Of a DNA stretch of 64,000 bases, positions 1 through 10,499 are shown piece after piece (position 1 is the first letter of the stretch; every line of letters starts with the position of its first letter). The position numbers and the translations under genes were made by a program. The notes under the pieces were generated by a model. It saw only the letters and a program-made list of their open reading frames with translations, was not told the origin of the DNA and did not search any database. The stretch comes from Bryobacterales bacterium (GTDB taxonomy: Bacteria; Acidobacteriota; Terriglobia; Bryobacterales; Bryobacteraceae): contig CAVRPF010000027.1 of the NCBI GenBank assembly GCA_963723015.1, positions 184,073 to 248,072 on the forward strand. Reading direction: 5' to 3'.

Positions 1-170
1 GCGGGAATAAGAAATCATCCCGGGATCACTGGTACCGGGACCACCGTCAAACATGCGGACGCTTTTCGGACTTGACGGCTTCACAGATGCCGCTTCGAAA
101 GTCGGCGGCGGATTCTGCGCCAAAGCGGCGCGCCGGAAGCGAAGGCGAAGATCAGAATCGAAAAGCGCAT
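1..170 (-). CDS. TIGR03435-like Acidobacteria-type secreted protein; N-terminal part only, gene runs off the window; 1 frameshift near 125
   Basis: The reverse-complement translation is MRFSILIFAFASGAP, then after a 1-nt shift LAQNPPPTFEAASVKPSSPKSVRMFDGGPGTSDPG. This is a signal peptide plus the FE.AS.KPS opening remembered for the TIGR03435 family. Confidence 0.45.
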
Positions 171-401
171 AGACGGCCCAGAGACACCAGGACGCGGAAG
201 GCTCAACAATGGGCGCCGCACACTGTACATCGTATCAGCCGCGTCCGATGACGAACGTCCAAGCCCATGCCGATAAGTGTGCCGCGGCCTTACGATCGCT
301 ACGGCCTGACGCGTACAATTCGGCCGTGGGATCGTTCGGGGCAGTGTGATGGTGACCGCGCCGTCGTCAGCGAGAAGAAGGTGCGGGCGATGGGCATTGA
401 A

Positions 402-2066
402 TCAGGCCTTCAATCCCAGGTCCGCCATTGCGTCGGGACTGTCTTCATATATCAATTTCGCTTCGCCCCAACCTTCCCGGCGAAGATGCCGCAAGTACAA
501 CCAGGCAACGGCGAAGACCGACCCCAGCATCGCAAAGATCACCGGAATCTGGCTGTAGGTGGCGATCAGGATAGCCAGCGGCGGCGCGGCCATGAAGATC
601 GCTGCCAGATATTTGCCCAGGATTGTCATCACCGGCCGCTGGCCGGGAGCGTACGAGCAGGCAAACGGAAGCTGTTGCCAACTGTAGAAGAGCGCTTCGA
701 ACATCGCCATCGAAGCCAACGCTTGCAAGACGAGCAGCCGCGCAGCCAGGCTCCAACCGAGCACGGTCACGGCCGCGGGCGCGGTCAGCAGATAGATCGG
801 AAGGATGGCGTAGACCACGATTACGCGCTCCACCGCGGACATCCACGCCGCGCGGCCTTGACTCTCCGTGATACGGAACAGCCAGTTAGCGCCCAACTCA
901 GCGGGCAGGCGGAACAGGTGGCGTACGCCGGGGATCACGATCATCGAGGCGACAATGGGCCAATAATAGACCATGAACTTAAGCGTGTAAGCGGCATTTG
1001 CCTGCCAATGCGTTACAGCCTGCGCGAGGATGGCGCTATTGATCAGTATGCCCGCCGCGGAGCCGGCATACGCCAATAAGACCAGGCGATGAGTGCGGCT
1101 GCGGGCCATGGTCTTAGCCATGAAATCGACGATGGCGGCTTGTCTCGGAGCGCGCGCCAGCAGGGTGAGAATGCTCCATCGCGGCCGCCTTCGCGGCGCG
1201 GCTTCATGCGGCGTTTCGAGCAGCAGCACGCGATAACGGCGATAGCTGACAAGGTACGACGCGACGGCCAGCAGGAGACAACCTGCGAACGCGAATATCG
1301 CTCGCGCCGCAAACGCGCGCATGGCGGGATCACGGCTGCCGCCGACGGTCTGCTCCAGCCCAGCGAACCACATTGGGGGTGCCCAGGCGAAACGTCGCAG
1401 CAGCGTTTCCCGGTCCGGCGCCCAGGCTGATACATGAAAGCTGCTCAACGCGCCCAGAAGGAACGCGCAGCTCAAAACAGCTTGCGCCATGGAAGCCGCG
1501 CGTGCGTGCCAGCGGGCGTTCAACGCATTCAATAGCAACGCTTGCAGGCCGACCATCGCGAAGAACGGGAAATAGCAAGCCAGCGCCCAAGCCACGCCGC
1601 TGGCGAAGGGAGCCGGGGCCAGCAATGCCGGAAGCGCGTTGAGCGCCAACGTCACGACAGTGGCGAAAAGGCAGAACGTAAAAAATCGCGCGATGAAGAT
1701 CTGGCGCGGGCGCACCGGCAGCGATGCCAGCGCAAAATAGTCGGCACGGCTGGGCAGCAGCATCTGCCATTGCAGAATTGCGATCAGGCCACAGACGCAC
1801 ATCAGCAGAACCAGCGAGCCCAGTTTGCTGAAGAAATGCGCGGCGAGAATTGCTTCCGCGGAAAGGCGGCTGTGATTCAGATGCGGATCGAGCAACGCCA
1901 TGCGCGCGGTCAACAGCGTGGCCAAGCAGCCGATGGCCACTGTCCGCCACTGCCCGGGAGCCGCAAAGAGCTCGCTATCGAAGATACGCGCCAGGAAATG
2001 GCGCGTCAGCTCGAACACAGGGCCGTGAGTTTCGTCCAGCGCCTTCACCTTGCATAGCTCCTTCAC
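402..2066 (-). CDS. Polytopic membrane protein (554 aa), putative permease partner of the upstream ABC ATPase
   Basis: Intact ORF with many long hydrophobic segments (LVLLMCVCGLIAILQW, FTFCLFATVVTLALNALPALLAPAPF, and others). Its ATG overlaps the ATPase stop (ATGA at 2063-2066). No family was recognised by eye. Confidence 0.5.
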   Translation of the reverse strand: MKELCKVKALDETHGPVFELTRHFLARIFDSELFAAPGQWRTVAIGCLATLLTARMALLDPHLNHSRLSAEAILAAHFFSKLGSLVLLMCVCGLIAILQWQMLLPSRADYFALASLPVRPRQIFIARFFTFCLFATVVTLALNALPALLAPAPFASGVAWALACYFPFFAMVGLQALLLNALNARWHARAASMAQAVLSCAFLLGALSSFHVSAWAPDRETLLRRFAWAPPMWFAGLEQTVGGSRDPAMRAFAARAIFAFAGCLLLAVASYLVSYRRYRVLLLETPHEAAPRRRPRWSILTLLARAPRQAAIVDFMAKTMARSRTHRLVLLAYAGSAAGILINSAILAQAVTHWQANAAYTLKFMVYYWPIVASMIVIPGVRHLFRLPAELGANWLFRITESQGRAAWMSAVERVIVVYAILPIYLLTAPAAVTVLGWSLAARLLVLQALASMAMFEALFYSWQQLPFACSYAPGQRPVMTILGKYLAAIFMAAPPLAILIATYSQIPVIFAMLGSVFAVAWLYLRHLRREGWGEAKLIYEDSPDAMADLGLKA

Positions 2067-2827
2067 GACTGCATGGCTTCGATGATGCGGCCGGCGACGG
2101 TTTCAGTATCGAACTCCTGCGTCAGCCGGGCGAAAATTTCTTCGAGTGAGGGCAGCCGCATCAATTCGCGCAGGCGCTCGATGGAATCATCGGCGGCCAC
2201 GCGCCCTTTGCTCAGGATCACCACGCGCGAACAGATCTTCTCCACAATCTCCAGCACGTGCGAACAGAGTAGTATGGTCTTGCCCTGGGCCGCCAGCTTG
2301 CGGACGAGCTCGCGCAACATCAGGATTGCGCCGGCGTCCAGGCCGGACATCGGTTCATCGAGAATGAGCACATCCGGATTGTGGAGCAGCGCGGCGGAAA
2401 GGAGAATCTTCTGTCGCATTCCTTTGGAATAGGAGGTGACCGGCGCGTAGCTGTCCGCCCCCAGCGAGAACAGCTTAAGGAATTGGTCGATCTTCGGTTC
2501 CAGAATCGCCCGTGGGATGCCCCGCAAGCGCCCCGCGAGCTGCAGGTATTCGCGGCCGGAAAGGTGGGGGTAGAGGTTCGGCTCCTCCGGAACGTATCCG
2601 ATGCGCCGTTGAAAGGCGGGAAGATCGTCGAGGATGCTCTGGCCTTGGAAGAGAATCTTTCCCTCGCCTGGCTCCAGCAATCCCACAAGGATCTTGACGG
2701 TTGTGCTCTTACCGGCTCCGTTGGGACCCAGATAACCCAGAATCTCACCGGGGTGGACGGTGAAACTGACGTCCTGAATCGCGGGAATGCCGTGGTACCG
2801 CTTGCCGAGCGACCGGACCTCGATCAT
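2063..2827 (-). CDS. ABC transporter ATP-binding protein
   Basis: Walker A GPNGAGKST, signature-like YSKGMRQK, Walker B VLILDEP, H-loop CSHVLE. Intact 254-aa ORF. Confidence 0.9.
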   Translation of the reverse strand: MIEVRSLGKRYHGIPAIQDVSFTVHPGEILGYLGPNGAGKSTTVKILVGLLEPGEGKILFQGQSILDDLPAFQRRIGYVPEEPNLYPHLSGREYLQLAGRLRGIPRAILEPKIDQFLKLFSLGADSYAPVTSYSKGMRQKILLSAALLHNPDVLILDEPMSGLDAGAILMLRELVRKLAAQGKTILLCSHVLEIVEKICSRVVILSKGRVAADDSIERLRELMRLPSLEEIFARLTQEFDTETVAGRIIEAMQS

Positions 2828-2870
2828 GGGGGTTAGACAGCGCGGCGCCGGGAATTGTTCCCGCGGCCGA

Positions 2871-5527
2871 TCACTCGTTCACCAAGACGAGGCCCGAAGG
2901 CAGCTCCTCTCCGAAGATGCGGCCGAGCGTGCCTTCGTCTTCTTCTTCGCCGTCGAAGATCGCCAGCAGCCGCGCGGCATGCGGCGCCGATTGCAGCTTG
3001 GCGCGGATGTTCTGGCGGGTGGGCGGCGGCAGATCGCGCGTGGGATCGCCAGTGCTACGTCCCAGAGCGGCGAGCGCATCGCCGGCATTGGCCACCTTAA
3101 GCAGCGCTTCGGCCCATCGGGTGGCGACGGCCGGCGGGATTACCAGATTGATGGGTCCATAAAACAGCTTGCGCGCGCCAAGCCGCGCCAGGCACCATAG
3201 CTCGCTCTCTTTATAGTCGCCCGCCTTGACGCGCTTGATCAGGGCCTCGCCTAACTCGGTCTTGGTGCCCACGGGCAATAGCTCCAGGCTGGAGGCGGTG
3301 CGCCACATTTCGCGTAGCAGCGCCGAATTGATGCGCTGCGGCTTCTTGTTTCCGCGCGGAAGCAGCGATGCCGCCAAACGCTGATAGATATCGGTCTGCT
3401 GGTTGCGGTTGAATCCGCCGGCGACGCGGCCCCAGAAGATCCACCAATCGATCTCGCACTGCGATCTGGTTGGCGTAGGTCAAGCCGCCGGCATAGATCT
3501 TGCGCACCTGCTCGATGCGGAAATCGTCGCCGGGATATCCGAAGCCGGGACGCATACAGAACCCGCACAGATTGAGCCAGCGCGCCTCATAAGCGGGGCT
3601 CTTCTTGCGGCCGTCGGCGACGGCGAGGAAGGCGTCGGCCATCTGGCGAATCGCGGCGACGGGCCATGAGTTGCGGCCGAGCCCCATGGTCTGCTCGAGC
3701 TTGGACGGCAGCTCTTCCGGCGCGACGGCTGCAGCTCCCGAATGTGCACCGGGCGAAAACACGGCCGGGATCAACTCCAGCGACGATTGCAACGCGTGTT
3801 CGCTCACCACCGCCGCGGCTTTGCGCTCGGCGGGCTGGAGCGCGGCCTGTTTACGCAGCTCGAATTGCAAGCGCCAGCGGTTTTCGCTGATTTTCGATTC
3901 GCACCATGTTTCGAGCGTGCCGAGCTCGGTGAGGCGCGCGCCGAGCTTCACCGGAATCAGCCGCTCTTCGACTTTTTTCCCGAAGCGGATCACGGCGTGC
4001 AGCGGCGCGTGAGTGTGCAAGGAATCGTCGTCCGCGCTGAACTCAATCACATCGCCGAGGCTGTCTTCAGTGCGCGTCAACGAACTGTAGAGGCGGAACG
4101 AAACCGGACGGTTGGCGACCAGTTGCAGAGCGGAGTTATCCACTTCCACCGTGGCGCCTTCTTCGGCGCCGCGCGGAACCAGACAGACGGCGGAAAATTT
4201 GCCATCGTGCGCCTCGCCGAGACGGATGTAATAGGTGCGCGGCAAGCCGCCGCGGACCAGCACGCCGCTGCCGGTGGAGCGAACGTACGAGTAGTATGCG
4301 GCGCCGCGCGCTACCGCGAGATCCAGATCGATATTCTCCAGAATCTCCGGCCGCCGTGCCGTACCAGCGGCCGAGCGCATCGGCCACGCGCTCCTGCAGG
4401 ATCACCGGAATGAAGAAGCCGCCGTTGAAGAGAATGGCGTCCGGCGTTTCGCCCGTGGGCTCCAGAAAGGCGTTCAGGTGGCGGGTGATGGCGGCATCGG
4501 AAACGTATGGCAGGCCCAGCTCGCGGAAGAGGCTGCGCTTTTCTTCCTTGGGCGCCTCGCCGCGTTCGGTGAAAGGCAGAAAGCCTTCGAGCGCCAGCTC
4601 CAGCGCTTCTTCGCGCAGAATTTCGGTTTTGAGCGATTTGCCGATCAGGGCCGAGCCCGTGCCCAAGACGGTGATCTCGACGCTTTTCAAATGCGGATCG
4701 TTGAGCAGCTTCTCCTTGGCCGCGGTACACTGCCGCCGCAGACCGCTGCGCTGGCGGATGGTGAGCTGGGCGTTGAGCTTGGTTTCGACGAGCCAGGCCA
4801 GCGTGAGATCGAGATTGTCGCCGCCCAGCAGCAAATGCTTGCCGACGGCAGTGCGCGTGAAGTTCACCAGATCGCCCTGGCGGGCGACGCGAATCAGGCT
4901 GAAATCGCTGGTGCCGCCGCCGACGTCGCAGACCAGCACAACTTGGCCATCGAACAGCTTCTTACGCGATTGCGCGAGGTTGTTGGCGATCCACGAGTAG
5001 AACGCCGCGGCGGGCTCTTCGAGCAGCGTGAGGCGCTCGATGCCGGCTTCTTTCGCCGCCATGACCGTGAGCTCGCGGGCCTCTTCGTCGAACGAAGCTG
5101 GGACGGTGAGCACGATGTCCTGTTCGGCGAGGGGAGCGGCCTTGGCGCGGTCCCACTCTTCGCGGAACTTGGCGATATATCGCGCCGAGACTTCCACGGG
5201 CGAGAGCACGCGACCGGTCTCGGGAGAATCCCAAGGCAGGATCTTGGCGGTGCGGTCGACGTCGGGATTGGAGAGCCACGATTTGGCCGAATGCACCAGG
5301 CGGGTGGGGACGAGCGCGCCCTGATCGCGGGCATAGGCGCCGACGGGTTGACCGTCTTCGAGAAAGAGAAACGATGGCAGAGTGCGGCGCGGCTCGACGC
5401 GGCCGGGGGCCACCAGTTGCGGGGTATCAAAGACGTGGACGGGCGGGAAATCGAGATCTTCGGCTTCGCCGGGGTCGATATAGGCGAGGGCGGAGTTGGT
5501 GGTGCCGAGATCGATGCCGATTTTCAT
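2871..5527 (-). CDS. Atypical large Hsp70-family protein (~885 aa); 2 frameshifts (~4345, ~3457)
   Basis: The N-terminus MKIGIDLGTTNSALAY plus VCDVGGGTSDFSLI and ILFNGGFF are Hsp70/actin-fold ATPase motifs. Three ORF-track pieces (4136-5608, 3211-4380, 2871-3377) join into one reading frame after single-nt shifts. The junctions are WYGT|ARRPEILENIDLD and YANQI|CEIDWWIFWGRV. Confidence 0.8.
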
Positions 5528-5592
5528 AAGTGTCTCAAATGAGAGGGCTTTTGGACGCTGAGGCGCTGAGACGCGGAGGGTGGAATGCGGTT

Positions 5593-5748
5593 GAAAAAAC
5601 GAAGCCACCGGGGATGATTGAGTGTTCGGAAATGGGATTGGGTTCGTTCTGCATTTTTGTTTTCATCGGCGTGGGCGAGCGGCGTTGCCAGGCGGGAGCG
5701 GCTGTCCGGGAGTGGGACGAAAAAACGAAGCCATTCTGTATTTTTGTG
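5593..5748. repeat. Short direct repeats in the Hsp70/MmeI divergent intergenic region
   Basis: GAAAAAACGAAGCCA occurs at 5593-5607 and 5719-5733. TTCTG(C/T)ATTTTTGT occurs at 5647-5660 and 5735-5748. Confidence 0.6.
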
Positions 5749-5966
5749 CAACCGGCGGGCGAAGGGGATTTGAGCAGGAACATAGCAGCTAATACCAGTT
5801 TACTACGCGGGACTTAGGAAATTAATGTAACCCGTTGAATCTAAGGAGGAAAATAGTTGAAATGGGATTTGCGGGCGGAATGAATTAAACTGGTAGGCTC
5901 CTTGTAACCCCCCGGCAACGTTTGAGGAAGCTCAAGCGGCTGGTATTGACTTAGAGTGAAAATCGA

Positions 5967-8764
5967 ATGCGCCTAAGTTGGAACGAGATCCGAGCGCGCG
6001 CGGCGCGGTTTGCGGACGAATGGAAGGACGCGCATTACGAAAGAGGCGAAAGCCAGACCTTTTACAATGAGTTCTTCGAGGTGTTTGGGGTCACGCGACG
6101 GCGCGTCGCCAGCTTCGAAGAGCCTGTCAAAAAGCTTGGAGACGATCGGGGATTTATCGACCTGTTTTGGAAGGGTGTACTGCTGATTGAGCAGAAGAGC
6201 GCCGGGCGGGACCTGATCAAAGCCAAGCAGCAGGCGCTCGGCTATTTCCCCGGCCTGAAGGAGCATGAACTTCCGCGATATCTCCTGGTGAGCGATTTTC
6301 AGAGCTTCGAGCTTTGCGACCTCGATGAGAGTACCACCAGCCGCTTCGCACTGCGCCAGCTTCCAGACCATCTCGAGGAGTTCGGTTTCATTCTCGGCGT
6401 CCAGAAACGTTCATTCCGCGATCAGGACCCGGTGAACGTTGAAGCCTCGGAAATAATGGGCAAGCTGCATGATGCCCTAAAGGATTCCGGCTATGTGGGC
6501 CACGATCTGGAGCGATTTCTGGTGCGTCTGGTGTTCTGCCTGTTCGCGGACGATACCGGCATCTTCGAGCCCCGAGACATTTTCTCCGAGCTGATTACGC
6601 AGCGCACTAATCCGGACGGAAGCGACACGGGGCTGTGGCTTGGCCAGCTCTTCGATGTTTTGAGTAAGCCGGTTGCGCAGCGGCAGAAAAACCTCGATCA
6701 GGACCTGTCTCAGTTTCCCTATGTCAATGGCGACCTGTTTCAGGAGCGGCTTTCGCTACCCTCGTTTAATGCCGCGATGCGCTCGCACCTGATCGACGCT
6801 CTCGATTTCAGTTGGGACGCGATATCCCCGGCTATATTCGGCTCGCTCTTCCAATCCGTTATGAATCCGCGCGAGCGCCGGGCAAAGGGGGCGCACTATA
6901 CCACCGAGAGAAATATTCTCAAGGTGATCGAGCCGCTTTTCATGGACGAGCTACGCGCCGAGTTTCAAGGGCCTGACGGAACGGCGGGACAGCGGCCGGC
7001 GTAAGGCGATTGAGGCCTTTCACAAAAAGCTTTCGGCCTTACGTTTTTTCGATCCTGCATGTGGTTGCGGAAACTTCCTCATTATTTCGTACCGTGAGCT
7101 TCGAATCCTCGAAATCGACTTGCTAAAGGCCCTCCGTAAGGATGGCCAGTTGGTTTTTGATGTGTCGGAGATGAGCAAGATCGACGTGGACCAGTTTTAC
7201 GGCATCGAGCTTGAAGAGTTTCCGGCGCGGATTGCCGAAGTCGCTCTTTGGATGATGGACCACATGATGAACAACAAGCTCTCGCTGGAATTCGGCGAAA
7301 GCTACGTCCGCATTCCATTGAAGAAGTCGCCGCACATCCGGCATGACGATGCGCTGGAAATCGACTGGGCTGGTTTGATTGCGCCCGCCGATTGCTCCTA
7401 TGTGCTCGGCAATCCACCCTTTGGGGGCGCAAAATACCAAAACGAGAAACAAAGGGAGCAAGTGCGCCGTATAGCCCGGCTCGGCGGCAGCGGAGGCACT
7501 CTCGACTACGTGACGGCCTGGTTTATTAAAGCTGGAGAGTATTTACGGCAGTCACAGGCAAACTGGATTCGTCGCCACTAACTCGATCACGCAGGGCGAG
7601 CAAGTCGCGCAGCTCTGGCCGGTTCTCTTTGACCGCTACGGGCTTGAAATCAGCTTCGCTCACCGTACTTTCGCCTGGGGGAGCGACGCCCGAGGGATGG
7701 CGCACGTTCATGTCGTTATCATCGGGTTGACTCGCCACGATAGGGAGCCGCCCCTCAAGCGCCTGTTCAGCTATAGCGACATTAATGGCGACCCGACTGA
7801 GAGTGAGCATGCAGGCGCTAACGCCTTATCTTTTTGATGCGGGTGCCGTGGTGAACCGCCATCTTGTAGTTGAAGAGACAAATCGTCCTCTCTGCGACTA
7901 TCCCCAAACTGGTTATCGGCTCCAAACCGATTGACGAAGGGCAGTATATATTTTCCGGCGACAGAGCGCGGCGAATTTCTGAACAGAGGAACCTCAGGCC
8001 GAAGAAATACTATGCACCCGTTCATCGGCGCCGACGAATTCCTCTATGGCATTGAGAGATGGATTCTGTACCTCGATGGCGCCCCGCCGGCTGACATTCG
8101 AACCATGCCCACAGTCAAGGAACGCATCGCGGCCGTTCGCCAATTTCGTCACGAGGAGCAAAAGCCCCGGCACGCAAAAGCTCGCCGAAACGCCCACACG
8201 TTTCCATGTGACGGTTGTTCCAGATAGGCCGTTTCTTGGTGATTCCTAAAGTGAGTTCAGAGCGGCGGGACTATGTTCCAATCGGCTGGCTGAATCCGCC
8301 GATCATACCTAGCAATCTTGTGTTCGGTACTCTCAGATGCCGACTTATGGCACTTTGGCGTCCTGACATCTGCGATGCACATGGCCTGGTTACGTCAGAT
8401 TGGCGGCCGGCTGAAGAGCGACTATCGGTATTCCGTAGGAATTGTCTACAACACTTTCCCTTGGCCTGAAGCGACGGACCAGCAGCGCGCCAAGATCCGT
8501 TCGCTGGCGCAGGCTGTCCTTGATGCACGGGCCCAGTTTCCGAGCTCAACACTGGCCGATCTGTACGACGTCGATGCCATGCCGCCGCAGTTGCGAAAGG
8601 CCCACCAAGCGCTCGATAACGCTGTGGACAAGCTCTACCGCTCCGCGCCCTTTACTGGCGACCGGGATCGAGCGGAGCATCTCTTCGGACTTTATGAAAG
8701 ACTGGTAGCGCCGCTGGTTACCGCGGCGCTTCAGCCGGCGCGCCGACCGGGGAGAAGAACGTAA
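5967..8764 (+). pseudogene. MmeI-family type IIL restriction-modification fusion (nuclease + gamma-class N6-adenine methyltransferase), interrupted by at least 9 frameshifts
   Basis: Motifs seen: PD-ExK-like IDLFWKGVLLIEQK, motif I FFDPACGCGNFL, motif IV GNPPFGG, ATNSITQGEQVAQLW, and C-terminal SDYRYSVGIVYNTFPWP. The pieces lie in all three plus frames. Junctions are near 6965, 7555, 7815, 7905, 7965, 7990, 8150, 8236 and 8330. Confidence 0.8.
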
Positions 8765-8765
8765 A

Positions 8766-9209
8766 ATGGCCGATATCAATCTCACGCAGAGTGAAGCCGA
8801 AACTTATGGCAATGGAAAAGCGTTCCGCTGAGGACGTTCAATATCTGTTCCCGGCGCCCGGCCAGCGGATAACAATTCCGCTGACTTCGCTAGATAAGCG
8901 GGAAAATTTCATGCTCGACGTGACCCGCGCGCAAATCAAGCTCACGAAAGCCACTTACCAGAACCGCGCGAGGGCCGCGATTATACTTCTGCGTTTGGAT
9001 CTTGACGGCCCACCACACCGGAACGCGACGGCGAGGAAATCCCCTGTCCGCACCTTCACGTCTAGCGTGAAGATTACGGCGATAGGTGGGCGATACCGGC
9101 CCCCATTGCCAGATATACGAACACTTTGGACCTGGATTTGACATTCGAAGCATTCTTGCAGCAGTGCAACATTACCGGGCCGCTTAATATTCAGAAAGCG
9201 CTTTTCTAA
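8766..9209 (+). pseudogene. Unknown ~147-aa protein, disrupted by ~2 frameshifts and one in-frame TAG (9063-9065)
   Basis: Reconstructed as [111 protein letters not shown]...[23 protein letters not shown]. The start lies 1 nt after the MmeI-like stop. The stop overlaps the next ATG (TAATG at 9207-9211). Confidence 0.5.
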
Positions 9210-9985
9210 TGACAACCGCGCAAGAGATCGAGAAGCTTCTGAACGATTACCGGGCGTGGCTGAAGGAGAAGACGACGCTACGCGAAGTGAATGGCTGCTG
9301 GGTTGAGATCACGACACCTTACCTCGACCGCCATAACGACGCGCTGCAAATCTACGTCCGCGCGGAAAACGGCGGCTATGTTCTGACCGACGATAGCTAT
9401 ACTATCCATGATCTGGAGGCGTCCGGCTGCAATCTCAAAACAGAAAAGCGCCAGGACCTTTTGAAGATGACGCTGAATGGGTTTGGCGTCCGGATGACCA
9501 ACGAAGCCCTTGAGGTTCACGCGTCGCCGGAGAACTTCCCGGCGCGGAAACATAATCTCATTCAGGCCATTCTTGCCGTGAACGATCTTTTTTACCTCGC
9601 CAAGCCAATTGTTGAGAGTCTGTTTGTTGAAGACGTGATTGCCTGGCTTGAGGCAAACGATATCCGCTTCACGCCAAAGGTGAAGTTCACTGGCATCAGC
9701 GGGTTTGACCATCTATTCGATTTTGTGATTCCGAAGTCGCCACGCAAGCAGCCGGAGCGGATCATCCAGGCGATCAATCGCCCGACGCACGACAATGCGG
9801 AAGCGTTCATCTTTGCCTGGAGCGACACTCGCGAGGTCCGGCCGCCCGAATCAAAGGCGTACGCGGTTCTCAACGATGTGGAGCAACCGATTGCAGGCGG
9901 CGTGCTGGAGGCATTTCGGAATTATCAGATACGGCCGGTTCCATGGAGCCAGCGAGCCGAAGTGGTCACGGAGCTTGCGGCGTAG
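9209..9985 (+). CDS. DUF1828/DUF1829 domain protein
   Basis: Intact 258-aa ORF. The N-terminus [34 protein letters not shown]...[13 protein letters not shown] matches my memory of the DUF1828 pattern, followed by a DUF1829-like C-terminal half. Confidence 0.65.
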   Translation: MTTAQEIEKLLNDYRAWLKEKTTLREVNGCWVEITTPYLDRHNDALQIYVRAENGGYVLTDDSYTIHDLEASGCNLKTEKRQDLLKMTLNGFGVRMTNEALEVHASPENFPARKHNLIQAILAVNDLFYLAKPIVESLFVEDVIAWLEANDIRFTPKVKFTGISGFDHLFDFVIPKSPRKQPERIIQAINRPTHDNAEAFIFAWSDTREVRPPESKAYAVLNDVEQPIAGGVLEAFRNYQIRPVPWSQRAEVVTELAA

Positions 9986-10308
9986 CCCGATACTGTCCTC
10001 CATGAGTACAAAGGTGGAAGAGAAGGTTACGTCGATGCCGGTCACCATGCCTGCCGCGGGCCGCCCTTCCGGCCGAGGCGTATCTTCAGTACAAGCTCGA
10101 CTGGACTGCCCGGTTACCGGCGAAGATCTTTGGGCGTAGGGTACTGAGCCATAGGCGGCATCTTTCCGCTGCCGGAAAGCCGGCAAGGGCGCGGCTCGGG
10201 ACGCCATCGAACCAATTGTGTCATACGGACACAGACCCTGCCCAGCCTGCCTCGCAATGGCAGCCGAATTATGCAGAAACTATTTGATTTAAAAAGGGTT
10301 GCTAAGCA

Positions 10309-10337
10309 TTGACACGTGGCTTCCCGATTGCTATTTC
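10309..10337 (+). promoter_or_regulatory. Possible sigma70-type promoter for the downstream structured RNA
   Basis: TTGACA at 10309-10314, a 17-nt spacer, then TATTTC at 10332-10337. There is no coding potential downstream. Confidence 0.3.
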
Positions 10338-10344
10338 TAGTGGT

Positions 10345-10496
10345 GAATTGACGAAGTAACGCTTAACCTGCCCTCTGCTGCAATCGGCAGCGGGAAGAAG
10401 AGTGAGTTGATAAAACAACGTGCTTGCGGGAGCCGGTGTTGCAGGAATCGATGCTCGCTAGTCTTCCTTTGTTAGTTGCATGCAGAGGGGTTTTTT
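10345..10496 (+). ncRNA. Candidate structured sRNA or elaborate intrinsic terminator (rod-like, ~125-150 nt)
   Basis: Nested helices: CCCTCTGC (10371-10378) pairs with GCAGAGGG (10482-10489), TGCA with TGCA, GGAAGA with TCTTCC, and CTTGC with GCAGG. A T6 run follows at 10491-10496. Confidence 0.4.
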
Positions 10497-10499
10497 GTA

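Noticed and set aside
267-1079. Plus-strand ORFs overlapping the 554-aa membrane protein gene.
   Set aside because: The composition is arginine- and glutamine-rich with no motifs. The minus-strand frame gives a coherent polytopic membrane protein that is translationally coupled to the ABC ATPase.
5853-5890. A strong AAGGAGG followed by an 8-codon ORF (MGFAGGMN).
   Set aside because: It is too short and has no supporting features. It is mentioned only as part of the AT-rich spacer.
5967-8764. Whether the MmeI-like methyltransferase is a BREX PglX or a type I/III R-M subunit.
   Set aside because: No PglZ, BrxC, BrxL, HsdR/S or Res-type neighbours are present. The N-terminal D-x-ExK nuclease motif and the single-chain layout fit MmeI-type IIL enzymes better.
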